Shown: positions 1-10,237, counted from the first letter of the stretch. The stretch: DNA of 52,063 nucleotides from Candidatus Krumholzibacteriia bacterium (GCA_046754105.1 JBHHVD010000007.1:1-52063); one strand, 5' to 3'. Notes: generated by a model from the sequence alone, not told the origin. Translations and numbers: made by a program.

Positions 1-766
1 CGTGCCGATGGAACACCTCCACGACGGCCGGCAAGCCGGCCGCGGCCCGCTCCAGCCGCCGCCGGTGCGCATCGAGGTCGCCCACGTCGGGGCGACGCAG
101 AAGACCGATGGATACCAGCGTGATCCACAGTATCGACTCCAGATGATCCGCGGTCCGCGGGTCGCCGTGCTGTCCGCCTTCCACCGCGGCGGTGGCGTGC
201 CCGCGCGCGCCGAAGTATTCCTGGATGGTGCCGTCGATCGCTTCTTCGAGCCCCAGGATAACCGGCACCGCCCACGGGAACGCGACCCGCCGGTTCTGCA
301 GCGTGTCGCTGATAATGCAAAACGGGGCGCCGTCGGCCGACGTGGAATGCAGGTCGACAATGGTCACCGGGCGGCGGCCGTTGCCCAGCTCTGGTTCTAC
401 GCATGCGAGCAGGTCGCGTTGCTCGCGTTGCTCTGCGCTCAGGCCATCCGCAGTCGCGTTACGGACAGCATCGAGCGCGCCGGGGGACCACATACGGTTC
501 ATGTCGCTGTCGATAAAACGCCTTCCCTGCCGCAGCGCACGTAGATTGCCGATGAACGCGACCACGCGCCCGCGCATCGCCGGACGTTCGCGACATAACC
601 GCTCCAGCACCCGCCGAGACGCGTTGACTCCCGCGGGCTCGTTGCCGTGCAAACCGGCGATCGTGATGAGTAATGGGCCGGCCGCATCGCCGTACTCACC
701 GATGATCCGTTCGCCGGTGGGCTCTCGGGAAGTTGGCTCCAGTGTTGATTCGCCGCTTGTTGTCAT
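1..766 (-). CDS. Succinylglutamate desuccinylase/aspartoacylase (AstE/AspA, M14-like) family protein, 3' end runs off the window
   Basis: Not in the ORF track; translated by hand. ATG at 766 overlaps the upstream TGA (ATGA). MTTSGE...LLITIAGLHGNEPAGV...FIGNLRA...FIDSDMNRMW...IVDLHSTS...AAVEGGQH carries the HGNE, NR and DLH Zn-carboxypeptidase motifs. Confidence 0.88.
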   Translation of the reverse strand, partial: MTTSGESTLEPTSREPTGERIIGEYGDAAGPLLITIAGLHGNEPAGVNASRRVLERLCRERPAMRGRVVAFIGNLRALRQGRRFIDSDMNRMWSPGALDAVRNATADGLSAEQREQRDLLACVEPELGNGRRPVTIVDLHSTSADGAPFCIISDTLQNRRVAFPWAVPVILGLEEAIDGTIQEYFGARGHATAAVEGGQHGDPRTADHLESILWITLVSIGLLRRPDVGDLDAHRRRLERAAAGLPAVVEVFHRH

Positions 767-2679
767 GACTCGCGTAGTTGTTCTTCCAGCAGCTTCGCCG
801 CGGCGTTGATAAAATCGACCTCGGTCACGATACCAACCAGCTTGTTGTCGTCGCTCACAACGGGCAGGCAGCTCACACCATTCTTGCGCATGATCTCCAT
901 CGCGCGCAACGATTCCGTCTGCGGTCCTACCGTGATCGGGTCGGCGGTCATGATTTCGCGCACCGCGACCGGCTCGCCACCCGTTTTGAGCCCGCGCCCG
1001 ACCAGCCGCAGCAGTTGGCGGTGAGACACCAGCCCGACGAGCTTTCCCTCGTTGTCCTCCACGGGTACGTGACGGATGTGCTCCCAATCCATCAGGTTGG
1101 CGGCGAGGTCGACCAGGTCTTCCGGATGAACGGTAAACAGATCCGTGGCCATCACCTGCTCGATCGTCCGGTAGTTGTCACGCCAATCGACGGCCTCGTC
1201 CAGCTGCGCCGGCTCCCACTCGTGCACCGGTTTGCCGGTGAGGAAGCGTTCGTACATGCAGGCGGTCAGCGCCCTGTAACGCTCTTCGGTACGGCTTCCG
1301 GGGGCCATCGCGGAGAGCGAATCCAGCATCCACTGGGTTCCCGTGCGGCCGCATTTCACCCTGCGCTCGATCACGCCCAAGTAACGGTCGATGTCCCGCG
1401 AACGGACCTTGCGCGAGCGGAGCCCCTTGCGGGCCAGCGGCAGCAGCTCCTTTAGAATCAGCTTGTCGGCGGACACCGCGCGGCCCTCGATCCACCTCAG
1501 CCTCGCCTCCAGACCGTAACGCGCCGCGAGGAGAAAATTGTTCTTGGCGTCGTCGAAAGCCATGACGTCCGTAATGTCGTCGTACTTGTCACCGAGCGCC
1601 GTCATGACGCCGAAGAAAAATGCCGCGTTTGCCATCTCGTCTACGACGGTGGGCCCCGCGGGCAGCGCACGGTGTTCGATACGCAGGTGGGGCTCGCCGT
1701 CGCGAATACCATAACAGGGCCGGTTCCAGCGGTAGACGGTGCCGTTATGCAGGCGCAGGGCGCCCAGCGGCGGTATGTCACCACGATCGAGCATCTCCAG
1801 CGGTGATTCTTCGGGCTCGCTCGCGATTAACACTCGGAAACGGGCAATGTCTTCGCGGAAGATTTCGAGCGCCGACTCCTTTACCCAGCGCTCGCCGAAG
1901 ACCACGCGGGGAGGCGCCTTGCGCGCCTGGTGGGTTTCCGACCTCGTATCGAGCGATTGCTGAAACAGGGCGACCCTTGTTTCGTGCCACAGCCGGTGCT
2001 GGAGGAACACGGGAGAATTGACCGCAGCAGCCAGCACCGGAGCCGTCACCGCCTGCGCGAGGTTGTAGAGCCGGGCGAACTCGTCCGCACCCACCTGGAA
2101 GTGAACCTGGAAACTGGTGTTGCAGGCTTCGAACATCACGTTGTCGTGGTTGACGCCCAGCTCGTCGAGCCCCTTGATCAGCATGCTGAAATCGCCACCT
2201 CGCAGTTCGCTCATGGTCCGGTTGAGCTGCAGGTAGCGCGGTTGGGGCGTCATCGACGCCAGGGTCAGGTCTTTTTGTTTCATCGTCGGCAGGATGCCGG
2301 TCAGCAGCACCCGGCTCTCGACGCTCTTCGCCGCCCGGTGTGCCTGCGCGAGCAGACCCTCGAGTTCCTGCTCCATGCGCCACAGGCAGTCGCCACCGAA
2401 ACTCTGGGGGCTGAGATTGACTTCGAGATTGAAAAGGCCCAACTCGGTCGTGAACTGCGGGTGGTCGAGCCGATCGAGCAGGTCGAGCGCCGACATGGCC
2501 GGATGCATCGCCCGGTCCACGAGAAACATCTCTTGTTCGGCACCGATACGCCGGACACCAGACTCGATCAGCCCCCCGGCGATCATGCGTTCGATCGCCT
2601 GCACGTCCTCCAGCAGAGCCTTGGTAAACGCCCGCAGCTGGTGCTGATCGGTGCCGCCTTGGATATCTTGTTCGCCCAT
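763..2679 (-). CDS. Glutamate--cysteine ligase family (GCS2-like) protein with C-terminal CBS pair
   Basis: IGAEQEMFLVD, ELGLFNLEVNL, SFQVHFQV, HNGTVYRWNRPCY and LRIEHRALPAGP motifs, followed by two CBS repeats (IRHVPVED..GKLVGLVS; VSCLPVV..LVGIVTEVD). Start is ATG 2679 or GTG 2688. Confidence 0.85.
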   Translation of the reverse strand: MGEQDIQGGTDQHQLRAFTKALLEDVQAIERMIAGGLIESGVRRIGAEQEMFLVDRAMHPAMSALDLLDRLDHPQFTTELGLFNLEVNLSPQSFGGDCLWRMEQELEGLLAQAHRAAKSVESRVLLTGILPTMKQKDLTLASMTPQPRYLQLNRTMSELRGGDFSMLIKGLDELGVNHDNVMFEACNTSFQVHFQVGADEFARLYNLAQAVTAPVLAAAVNSPVFLQHRLWHETRVALFQQSLDTRSETHQARKAPPRVVFGERWVKESALEIFREDIARFRVLIASEPEESPLEMLDRGDIPPLGALRLHNGTVYRWNRPCYGIRDGEPHLRIEHRALPAGPTVVDEMANAAFFFGVMTALGDKYDDITDVMAFDDAKNNFLLAARYGLEARLRWIEGRAVSADKLILKELLPLARKGLRSRKVRSRDIDRYLGVIERRVKCGRTGTQWMLDSLSAMAPGSRTEERYRALTACMYERFLTGKPVHEWEPAQLDEAVDWRDNYRTIEQVMATDLFTVHPEDLVDLAANLMDWEHIRHVPVEDNEGKLVGLVSHRQLLRLVGRGLKTGGEPVAVREIMTADPITVGPQTESLRAMEIMRKNGVSCLPVVSDDNKLVGIVTEVDFINAAAKLLEEQLRES

Positions 2680-2710
2680 GTCATTCACCGCTTGCGCGAC
2701 GGGCCGCGCC

Positions 2711-4150
2711 CTAGAGCTCGCCGGACTTGAGCACCATTAGTTTTTCGATCTGCATATCTCGCATCGTATAGGGAATCCCACCCACGGCGAGGCCCGACTC
2801 CCGCAGGCCCGCAAAGGGCATCCAGTCGACGCGAAACGCCGTGTGATCGTTGACCATGACCGCGCTGGCGTCGAGCCGGGAGCAGGCGTGCATCGCCGTA
2901 TCAATGTCCCTCGTGAACACCGCGGCCTGAAACGCAAAGGGCAGCGCGTTGGCCCTGGCCATCGCCTCATCGATGTCGTCGTACGCGTACACGCACACGA
3001 CCGGCCCGAATATCTCCTCGCGGCTCACCCAGGCATCCTCGGGCGGGTTCAGGAGTACCGTGCACTCGTAACACGAATCGGAAATCCGCTTGCCACCGGC
3101 AAGCAACTCGGCACCACCCTTTACCGCCTCCTCGACCCACTGCTCTACGCGGTCGGTCTCGGCGGGCCGGATGAGCGGGCCGATGTCCGTCGCTTCGAGC
3201 GTTGGGTCACCGACGGTGAGTTTGCCGGCCGCCTCCGCCAGTCGCCCGGCGACCTCTCGGGCGACGGATCGTTCGGCAAACACGCGCTGTACCGACACGC
3301 ACACCTGACCCGCGTGGTAGAACCCCCCCTTGGCGAGAAGCGGCAGGGCCGTGTCCAGGTCCGCGTCTGCCGCGACGATCACCGGCGCTGCGCCGCCGTG
3401 CTCCAGCGCGCAGCGTGTGCCGGGCGACAGCCGGGAGCGCAGCATCCACCCAACACGGGCACTGCCGATAAAGGAAAAAAACGCGACGCGGCGATCGGTC
3501 ACCAGCCGTGTGGCGTTGTCCAGATCGTTCACCACCAGCGCCTGGCACCAGGCCTCCGGCAGCCCGGCCTCGTGCAGGATCTCCACGAGCCGGAAACACG
3601 ACAGCGGCGTATCCTCGGCCGGCTTGACGATCACCGGACAGCCGACGGCCACGGCCGGGCACACCTGGTGAACGATGAGGTTGAGCGGGTGGTTGAACGC
3701 GCTCACCGCAACGACCACGCCCAGGGGCACCCGGCGCGTCACGGCCAGACGGCCCTCCGAAGCGGCGTTCAAATTCATGGGGATTTCCCGGCCCGACTCC
3801 GTTCTCAAGACCTCGATGCAGTTCTTGACTCCGTCGATGGCGCGCGCCACTTCCACGCGCGAATCGATCAACGGCTTGCCTCCTTCGCGCGCCGCTTCCA
3901 CGGCCAGTTCCCCGGCCCGGCCGCTTATGATACCTGCCGCTTTTTGCAGGATCGCCATGCGCTCGGAGGGCTTTAGCCATCCGTCACGGTCGCGAAACAC
4001 ACGTGTGGCGTTCTCGAGGGCCGCGTCCACCGCCTTTGCGTCGGCGGCGACCACCGAGCCGATCTCCCGCCCGTCGTAGGGTGCCCTTACCTTCAGGACC
4101 CCGTCATTCGTCGCCGCCCCCGGTATCTTCAACTGAAACTTCTCTGCCAT
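2711..4150 (-). CDS. Aldehyde dehydrogenase family protein
   Basis: AFNHPLNL, KPAEDTP, FIGS, LEHGG, catalytic Cys in GQVCVS, EEIFGPV and PFAG motifs. AGGAG RBS precedes ATG 4150. Confidence 0.92.
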   Translation of the reverse strand: MAEKFQLKIPGAATNDGVLKVRAPYDGREIGSVVAADAKAVDAALENATRVFRDRDGWLKPSERMAILQKAAGIISGRAGELAVEAAREGGKPLIDSRVEVARAIDGVKNCIEVLRTESGREIPMNLNAASEGRLAVTRRVPLGVVVAVSAFNHPLNLIVHQVCPAVAVGCPVIVKPAEDTPLSCFRLVEILHEAGLPEAWCQALVVNDLDNATRLVTDRRVAFFSFIGSARVGWMLRSRLSPGTRCALEHGGAAPVIVAADADLDTALPLLAKGGFYHAGQVCVSVQRVFAERSVAREVAGRLAEAAGKLTVGDPTLEATDIGPLIRPAETDRVEQWVEEAVKGGAELLAGGKRISDSCYECTVLLNPPEDAWVSREEIFGPVVCVYAYDDIDEAMARANALPFAFQAAVFTRDIDTAMHACSRLDASAVMVNDHTAFRVDWMPFAGLRESGLAVGGIPYTMRDMQIEKLMVLKSGEL

Positions 4151-4193
4151 CACGACTCCTTTGCTGGCCGGTGCCTCCCGCCGCCGGTGGCGC

Positions 4194-5834
4194 TCACACG
4201 AGCCGGCTCCTCTCTTGTATGTCACGATTCAGGATGCGGTCGTTGTCGGAATAATCGACCGGCAGATCGATCACGTGCACACCCGGTTCGCCGAAACACC
4301 GTTCCATCACCGGCACCAGTTCACCAGCCTTTTCGATCCGGTAACCGCGCGCGCCGTAGCTTTCCGCGTACTTGACAAAATCCGGGTTGCCGTAGTCGAG
4401 CCCGAAGGCGGGCAGCCCCATCCCCGCCTGTTTCCACTTGATCATGCCGTAGGCGTCGTCCCTCAATATGAGCACGAGCAGGTTCATCTCGAGCCGCACC
4501 GCCGTCTCCAGCTCCTGCGAATTCATCATGAAACCACCGTCACCGCAGATCGCCATGATCCGGCGTCCCGGGCACACGAGATGTGCCGCCATCGCTGACG
4601 GCAGCCCCGCGCCCATCGTCGCCAGCGCATTGTCGAGAATCACCGTGTTGGTCTGGTGCGCCTTGTAATTGCGCGCGAACCAGATCTTGTAGACGCCGTT
4701 GTCGAGGGCAATGATGCCGTTGGAGGGCATAACCCGCCGAACGTCGGCCACGATGCGCTGGGGGTACATGGGAAAGCGCCCGTCGCCGGTGCCTTCGAGC
4801 AAGTGAGCCTCGACACACTCACGCACTTTCATAAAATATGAGAAGTCCCACAATTTCTGTTTCGTGATCCGCTCCGTGATTTGCCAGATTGTGTTGGCGA
4901 TGTCCCCTACGGCAGACACCTGGGGAAAATAAACGGCATCGACGGACGCGGACTCGAAGTTGAGGTGGATGACGGTAACTCCTCCCGGCCGCATGAAAAA
5001 CGGGGGTTTCTCAACCACATCGTGCCCGGCGTTTATGATGACGTCGGCATGATCGATCGCGCGGTGCAGGAAGTCTCCGGAAGAAAGCGCCGCGTTACCC
5101 AGGAAAAGCGGGTCGCGCTCATCGACCACGCCCTTACCCATCTGCGTGCTCAAAAAAGGGATGCCCGTCTTGTCAATGAACGCCCGCAGCATGCGGCACG
5201 TGGTCTTGCGGTTCGCGCCGGCGCCGATCAGCAGCAGCGGGTGCCGGGCCCCCTCGATGGTGGCGACGGCCCTGGCGATCGCTTTTTCCTCCGCTACCGG
5301 TCTGCGCGAGTAGCTTTTCGGGATCACGCTGGCACTGCATTCCTCGCGGGCGACGTCCTCGGGCAACTCGAGGTGGGCTGCACCCGGGCGCTCGCGTTCC
5401 ATCATGCGAAACGCTTCTCGAACCCGTGACGGTATGTTGTCGCCGCTGACGATCTGGTGCGTGTACTTGGTGAGCGGCTTCATCATGTCGACCACGTCGA
5501 CAATCTGAAACCGACCCTGCTTGCTGTGCTTGACGGGCTTTTGCCCGGTGATCATGAGCATCGGCATCGCGCCGAGTTGCGCATAGGCGGCGGCCGTCAC
5601 GAGGTTAGCGGCTCCGGGTCCGAGGGTGGCAAGACACACGCCGGCCTTGCCGGTGAAGCGCCCGTAGGTGGCCGCCATGAAACCCGCCGCCTGCTCGTGC
5701 CGCGTCAGTATCAGCTTGATCGTGGAATCGCGGAGCGACTCGAGGAAGTCGAGGTTCTCCTCGCCGGGCACGCCAAAAACGTACTCGACGCCCTCCGCTT
5801 CCAGCGCTTTGACAAAGAGATCGGATGCTTTCAT
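4194..5834 (-). CDS. Acetolactate synthase large subunit-like ThDP-dependent enzyme
   Basis: VFGVPGEEN, RHEQAAGFMA, TLGPGAAN and the GDGGFMMN ThDP-binding motif. No adjacent small subunit (ilvN/ilvH). Confidence 0.9.
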   Translation of the reverse strand: MKASDLFVKALEAEGVEYVFGVPGEENLDFLESLRDSTIKLILTRHEQAAGFMAATYGRFTGKAGVCLATLGPGAANLVTAAAYAQLGAMPMLMITGQKPVKHSKQGRFQIVDVVDMMKPLTKYTHQIVSGDNIPSRVREAFRMMERERPGAAHLELPEDVAREECSASVIPKSYSRRPVAEEKAIARAVATIEGARHPLLLIGAGANRKTTCRMLRAFIDKTGIPFLSTQMGKGVVDERDPLFLGNAALSSGDFLHRAIDHADVIINAGHDVVEKPPFFMRPGGVTVIHLNFESASVDAVYFPQVSAVGDIANTIWQITERITKQKLWDFSYFMKVRECVEAHLLEGTGDGRFPMYPQRIVADVRRVMPSNGIIALDNGVYKIWFARNYKAHQTNTVILDNALATMGAGLPSAMAAHLVCPGRRIMAICGDGGFMMNSQELETAVRLEMNLLVLILRDDAYGMIKWKQAGMGLPAFGLDYGNPDFVKYAESYGARGYRIEKAGELVPVMERCFGEPGVHVIDLPVDYSDNDRILNRDIQERSRLV

Positions 5835-5945
5835 GCGGTCCGCGCTCCATTCGTGGATTGGTATGGTCCGCTACACACTTCCCCGCGGCCGCCGCTGCTC
5901 TCCCGGCAATGATAACGGCTTGCTACGCATCGTGCAATCCCGCCA

Positions 5946-6704
5946 TCAAACACGTCCGAAAGCGTGACGCGCGCGTTGCACGAAATTCCCCACCCGCTGC
6001 CGGTCCTTGCGGCCGGCGGTGTCTTCAACACCGGTGTGCGCATCGACGCCCGCCGGCCGCACGATCCCGATCGCGTCCGCGACGTTTTCCGGCGTGAGAC
6101 CACCGGCGAGGATTACCGGGCGTGGAGAGCGTTCGACGATACGGCGGCTGACGCGCCAGTCGTGCGTCTGACCGGTGGCCCCGCTGGCTCCGGTCGCCGG
6201 GTCGAACGTATCGATGATGAAGGCATCAACGGCGTGGGCGATATCATCGATGGAGGTCGCGAAGTCCGGTTCGGCTTCCCGCCGGACAACGATGCTCTTG
6301 ATGATCCGAAGGAACGGCCGCGCCCTCTTGATACGCGAGAGCTCTTCCGGCGCGACGCGCCCGTGAAGCTGTACGAGCCCGGCACCGAGGGCGTCACAAA
6401 GCGCGATGACGTCACGGGCCGTATCGAGATAGGTGATGACGACCCCGAAGTGTGGCGGTAGCAGCGAGCGGATGATCCGGCCCGCGTCCTGGCGGGAGAT
6501 TTCTTCGTCGTGGACGTCCAGGGCCAGCGGAAACCCCAGGAAATCCACACCGCACTCCACCAGCATTCGCGCTTCGGCCTCGCTGGAAATGCCGGCGACC
6601 TGAACGATGTTCCCGCTAACCGCGCTTGTCGACCGGTTCGTACTTGCGAGTGTCCGCTCCGGTATAGACCTGCCGGGGCCGCGCGATCTTTTGATCGGAG
6701 TCAT
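5946..6704 (-). CDS. trpF: Phosphoribosylanthranilate isomerase (TrpF)-like protein
   Basis: VQVAGI..EAE, GVDFLGF, VQLHG, GATGQTHDW, VILAGGLTPENV and GVDAHTGVE motifs. Start is uncertain; the nearest in-frame ATG upstream of the conserved N-terminus is 6704 (AGGAG 7 nt upstream), inside gltA. Confidence 0.75.
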   Translation of the reverse strand: MTPIKRSRGPGRSIPERTLASTNRSTSAVSGNIVQVAGISSEAEARMLVECGVDFLGFPLALDVHDEEISRQDAGRIIRSLLPPHFGVVITYLDTARDVIALCDALGAGLVQLHGRVAPEELSRIKRARPFLRIIKSIVVRREAEPDFATSIDDIAHAVDAFIIDTFDPATGASGATGQTHDWRVSRRIVERSPRPVILAGGLTPENVADAIGIVRPAGVDAHTGVEDTAGRKDRQRVGNFVQRARHAFGRV

Positions 6705-7923
6705 CGAGCATCTCCTGCCACTGCGCCAGCCAGCCGATCGTCCGCGGTATCGCGAACAGCACCGGAAACACCTCGACGGGAAAGCCCATCGCCTGGTAGA
6801 TGATTCCCGAGTAGAAATCGACGTTCGGGTAGAGCTTGCGCTCGACGAAGTACTCGTCCTCGAGCGCGATACGCTCGAGCTCCATCGCGATGTCCAGTAG
6901 CCGGTTGGTCCCGGTGACGTCGAAGACCTTTTGCGCCATGTCTTTGAGAATCCGGGCTCGCGGGTCGTAGTTCTTGTACACGCGATGCCCAAATCCCATG
7001 AGGCGGAATTCGCCCGCCTTGGCCCTCTCCATGTACTCCGGCACCCGGGTCTCGTCACCGATTTCGCGCAGCATGAGCAACACCCGCTCGTTGGCCCCGC
7101 CGTGCAGAGGCCCGTAGAGCGCGGCCGCCGCGCCGGCGACCGAGACGTACGGATCCGCCAGCGAGCTGCCCACGGCGCGCATGGCGCTCGTGCTGCAATT
7201 CTGTTCGTGATCGGCATGGAGTATAAACAAGACGTCCAGCGCACGTTCCAGCGTTGGGTTCGGCTCGTACTTGAGCTCCGTCATCTTGAAGAGCATGTTC
7301 AGATAGTTACCCGTGTAGCTCAGGTCGTTGTCGGGGTACGAGTACGGCATGCCGAAACGGTGACGGTACGCAAAGGCAGCGATGGTCGGCATCTTGGCCA
7401 CCAGGCGGTGGATCTGCTTGATCCGCCGGTCGAGGTTTCCGCTGTCCTTCGCCTTGGGATAAAACGTCGACAGCGCCGCCACGGTCGAGATGAGGATACC
7501 CATCGGGTGGGCGTCGTAGTGGAACCCCTCCATGAATTTCTTGACCTTTTCGTGGATGATGGTGTGGTGCATGATGCTGTAGGTCCACTCTTCGAGTTCT
7601 TTTTTGGACGGGAGCTCTCCGTTCAGAAGAAGATACGCGACCTCGAGGAAAGTGCTCTTGTCGGCCAGGTCTTCTATCGGATAGCCGCGATAACGAAGGA
7701 TCCCCTTCTCGCCGTCGATGAACGTGATCGAGCTCTTGCACGACGCCGTGTTCAGAAACCCGGGGTCGTAGGTCATCAACCCGAAGTCGTCCTCCGATGC
7801 CTTGATCTGCCTGAGCGCCGCCGCCGGAATCGACGCGCCGTAGTCCGGATAGGTCCCGTATGAGATCGGGACTTCGTATTTTTCGCCGGTCCTGTTATCG
7901 GTAATGCTTAGTGAATCAGCCAC
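6616..7923 (-). CDS. gltA: Citrate synthase
   Basis: ITFIDGEKGILRYRGY, HADHEQNCST, GPLHGGANE, LMGFGHRVYKNYDPRA and LYPNVDFYSG motifs. GAGGAGG precedes the GTG start. Confidence 0.97.
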   Translation of the reverse strand: MADSLSITDNRTGEKYEVPISYGTYPDYGASIPAAALRQIKASEDDFGLMTYDPGFLNTASCKSSITFIDGEKGILRYRGYPIEDLADKSTFLEVAYLLLNGELPSKKELEEWTYSIMHHTIIHEKVKKFMEGFHYDAHPMGILISTVAALSTFYPKAKDSGNLDRRIKQIHRLVAKMPTIAAFAYRHRFGMPYSYPDNDLSYTGNYLNMLFKMTELKYEPNPTLERALDVLFILHADHEQNCSTSAMRAVGSSLADPYVSVAGAAAALYGPLHGGANERVLLMLREIGDETRVPEYMERAKAGEFRLMGFGHRVYKNYDPRARILKDMAQKVFDVTGTNRLLDIAMELERIALEDEYFVERKLYPNVDFYSGIIYQAMGFPVEVFPVLFAIPRTIGWLAQWQEMLDDSDQKIARPRQVYTGADTRKYEPVDKRG

Positions 7924-8031
7924 CTCTCTGCCTCCTCATAATAAACTGGACGTGCCCTGGGGTATGCACAACCACCGTACCACATCCGGCCGCCGAAGAT
8001 AACTGCAATCAGGGATACAATTCTCGGAGCG

Positions 8032-9804
8032 CTAGAACGACCAGAACACGGGGATCAGGACGGTGGCGGCGACCCACAGGATCAGGTTGATCAACAACCC
8101 AATCCGGAGATAATCGCGAAACTTGTACCCGCCCGGGCCCATAACGAGCAGGTTGGTCTGGTAGCCGATGGGGGTGAAGAAACTGGCACTGGCGCCGAAC
8201 GTAACGGCAATCAGTAACGGTTTCGCGTCGACGCCCAGATCGAGCGCGATCTGGAGCACGATCGGCACCAGCAGTGCCGCCGTGGCAACGTTGGTGAGGA
8301 ACGCGGTAAGAACGCTGGTGATCAGGTACAGTACGGCGATGAGAACCACCGGGCCGAAGTCCTGGGCCAGGCCGAGTATCGAGCGGGCCATCGTCCCGGC
8401 GAGACCGGTCTTTTCCATCGCGATCCCCAGTGGGAGGGCCGCGGCGAGCAGCAGGAGCACCGCGCTGTCCAGGGCCGCCAGGGCCTCGCGGATCCGCAGG
8501 CAACGAAAGAGCATCATTGCCGCGCTCCCCCCCAGCACGGCCACCGACAGCGGCAACACCCGCAACGCGGCCACGGCGATGACCGCCACCAGCACGCCGA
8601 CTGCCAGGGGCGCCATGCGCGAAAAGTGTATGGTCTTCTCGACACCCTCGATGAGCAGAACGTTGGCAGTCGCCTCCAACTGCTGGAGCGCCCGCTGCTC
8701 ACCCTGAATGAGGATGACGTCTCCCACCTGCAGCTTCATCTCTCGCAGGCGGACCTGCAGGTGACGCCCCATGCGCTGGATGGCCAGCACCTTGATGTCG
8801 TAGAGACGGTTGAGCCCGATGTCCCGGAGCCGCTGGTTGAAAAACTGCGAGTTCGGGGTGACCACGGCTTCGACGGTCACCAGGTCGATACGGCTTATCT
8901 TGACGCGCCGGTCGTCCTCGACGGCGGACGCCAGGTCCAGTCCCTGCTTCTCCAGCATCCGGTGAATGGTCTGCGGGCTGCCCTCGATGAGCAACATGTC
9001 CTCACCCTGCACCCGCGTATCCAGTTCCGGCCTGAGCGTTACGTCTTCCTCCCGCACCAGTTCGAGAATCTTCACGCCTTCAAAACCCACCAGCAGGTCG
9101 TGGAGCGTCTTGCCGGCGAACGGGCTGTGCTGCTGCACGACGATTTCGGTCACGAAATTGGTCCGGTGACGCCGCTCGAGGACCTGGCTCAAGACCTTGC
9201 GTTCCGGCAGGACCTTGTCCGAGAAGAAAAAGAGAAACGTGCCGCCGAGGATCAGGTAGCAGACTCCCATGGGCGTGAACTCGAACATTCCGAAGCCACT
9301 ACCACCCGATTCGCGGAACATGCCATCGACGAGGATGTTGGTGCTGGTGCCAATCAGCGTCAACGTGCCGCCGAAAATTGCGAAATAGCTGAGCGGGATC
9401 ATCACCTTGGACGGCATCAGGTTGTTTTTCTGGCACAGGCGCAGGACCACCGGAATCAGCATGATGACCACGCCGGTGTTGGTGAGGAACGCGCTCAGCA
9501 CCGCGGCAATCACTCCCACGATCAGAATCAGCGCTGCCGGACCCGACACGCGGAGCTTGCCCGCCAGGCGTACGAGATAGTCCAGCGCCCCGGTCCGCAC
9601 AAGACCCGCGCTCAACATCAACATACCCGCAACGGTGATGGTGACGTCGTCGGATATTCCCGACAGCGCCTCCTCGGGCTCCAGGAGGCGCGTGACCGAC
9701 AAGGCGACGATGATGAGCAGCGCGGTGAGTTCGATACGGATGATCTGCGTAATCAGCAGAAAAATCGCGGCGGCCAGAATAGTCGTGAGAAGGGCGATTT
9801 CCAT
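8032..9804 (-). CDS. SLC13/CitMHS family permease with two TrkA-C (RCK_C) domains
   Basis: Hydrophobic N- and C-terminal halves with GGTLTLIGTSTNI and SFFTPIGYQTNLLVMGPGGY, plus central TrkA-C domains. Start taken at MEIALL. Confidence 0.88.
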   Translation of the reverse strand: MEIALLTTILAAAIFLLITQIIRIELTALLIIVALSVTRLLEPEEALSGISDDVTITVAGMLMLSAGLVRTGALDYLVRLAGKLRVSGPAALILIVGVIAAVLSAFLTNTGVVIMLIPVVLRLCQKNNLMPSKVMIPLSYFAIFGGTLTLIGTSTNILVDGMFRESGGSGFGMFEFTPMGVCYLILGGTFLFFFSDKVLPERKVLSQVLERRHRTNFVTEIVVQQHSPFAGKTLHDLLVGFEGVKILELVREEDVTLRPELDTRVQGEDMLLIEGSPQTIHRMLEKQGLDLASAVEDDRRVKISRIDLVTVEAVVTPNSQFFNQRLRDIGLNRLYDIKVLAIQRMGRHLQVRLREMKLQVGDVILIQGEQRALQQLEATANVLLIEGVEKTIHFSRMAPLAVGVLVAVIAVAALRVLPLSVAVLGGSAAMMLFRCLRIREALAALDSAVLLLLAAALPLGIAMEKTGLAGTMARSILGLAQDFGPVVLIAVLYLITSVLTAFLTNVATAALLVPIVLQIALDLGVDAKPLLIAVTFGASASFFTPIGYQTNLLVMGPGGYKFRDYLRIGLLINLILWVAATVLIPVFWSF

Positions 9805-9839
9805 AGGTTCCACGGTATAACGCCGGGCGGGCGGAACGC

Positions 9840-10130
9840 CTATCGCCCGTCCGGCTCGTTTCGTGCCCGCAGCGTTACCAGCGTCGCACCCCAACCGCTG
9901 CGGTCACCGGCGATATGATACGATGACACTTCGGGCAGCCGGTCGAGAACGGTGTGCACGGTTTCGCGAAGTGTCCCCTTCCCCTTGCCGTGGATGATCC
10001 GCACGTCGAGAATGTTCCTCTTGCGGCATTCCGACAGGTAGTCGGCGACCAACTCTCCAACGTCGCGCGGGTGAAACGCGTGCAGGTCCAGCGTGCCGTC
10101 GATGGGAATCTCGATGGGATCGTCATTCAT
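9840..10130 (-). CDS. Standalone Smr domain protein
   Basis: TLDLHAF, VRIIHGKGKGTLR and SGWGATLV are Smr signatures. Confidence 0.9.
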   Translation of the reverse strand: MNDDPIEIPIDGTLDLHAFHPRDVGELVADYLSECRKRNILDVRIIHGKGKGTLRETVHTVLDRLPEVSSYHIAGDRSGWGATLVTLRARNEPDGR

Positions 10131-10237
10131 GGCGGGTCGCGGAGATGGACATGCCTGCCGGCGTTCGAGCCACGTGCTTGGCGTAATCCTACTATTGACA
10201 AGCAGCTATGTCAACCGCCCGTTGCCGGGGACACGGA

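Noticed and set aside
5946..7244. 432-aa ORF as given in the track, and N-terminal extensions of ORFs 19772-21670, 39560-41245, 45670-46869 and 14736-17555
   Set aside because: The extensions overlap neighbouring genes or promoters and look non-coding. Starts were trimmed using RBS, stop/start overlaps and domain boundaries.
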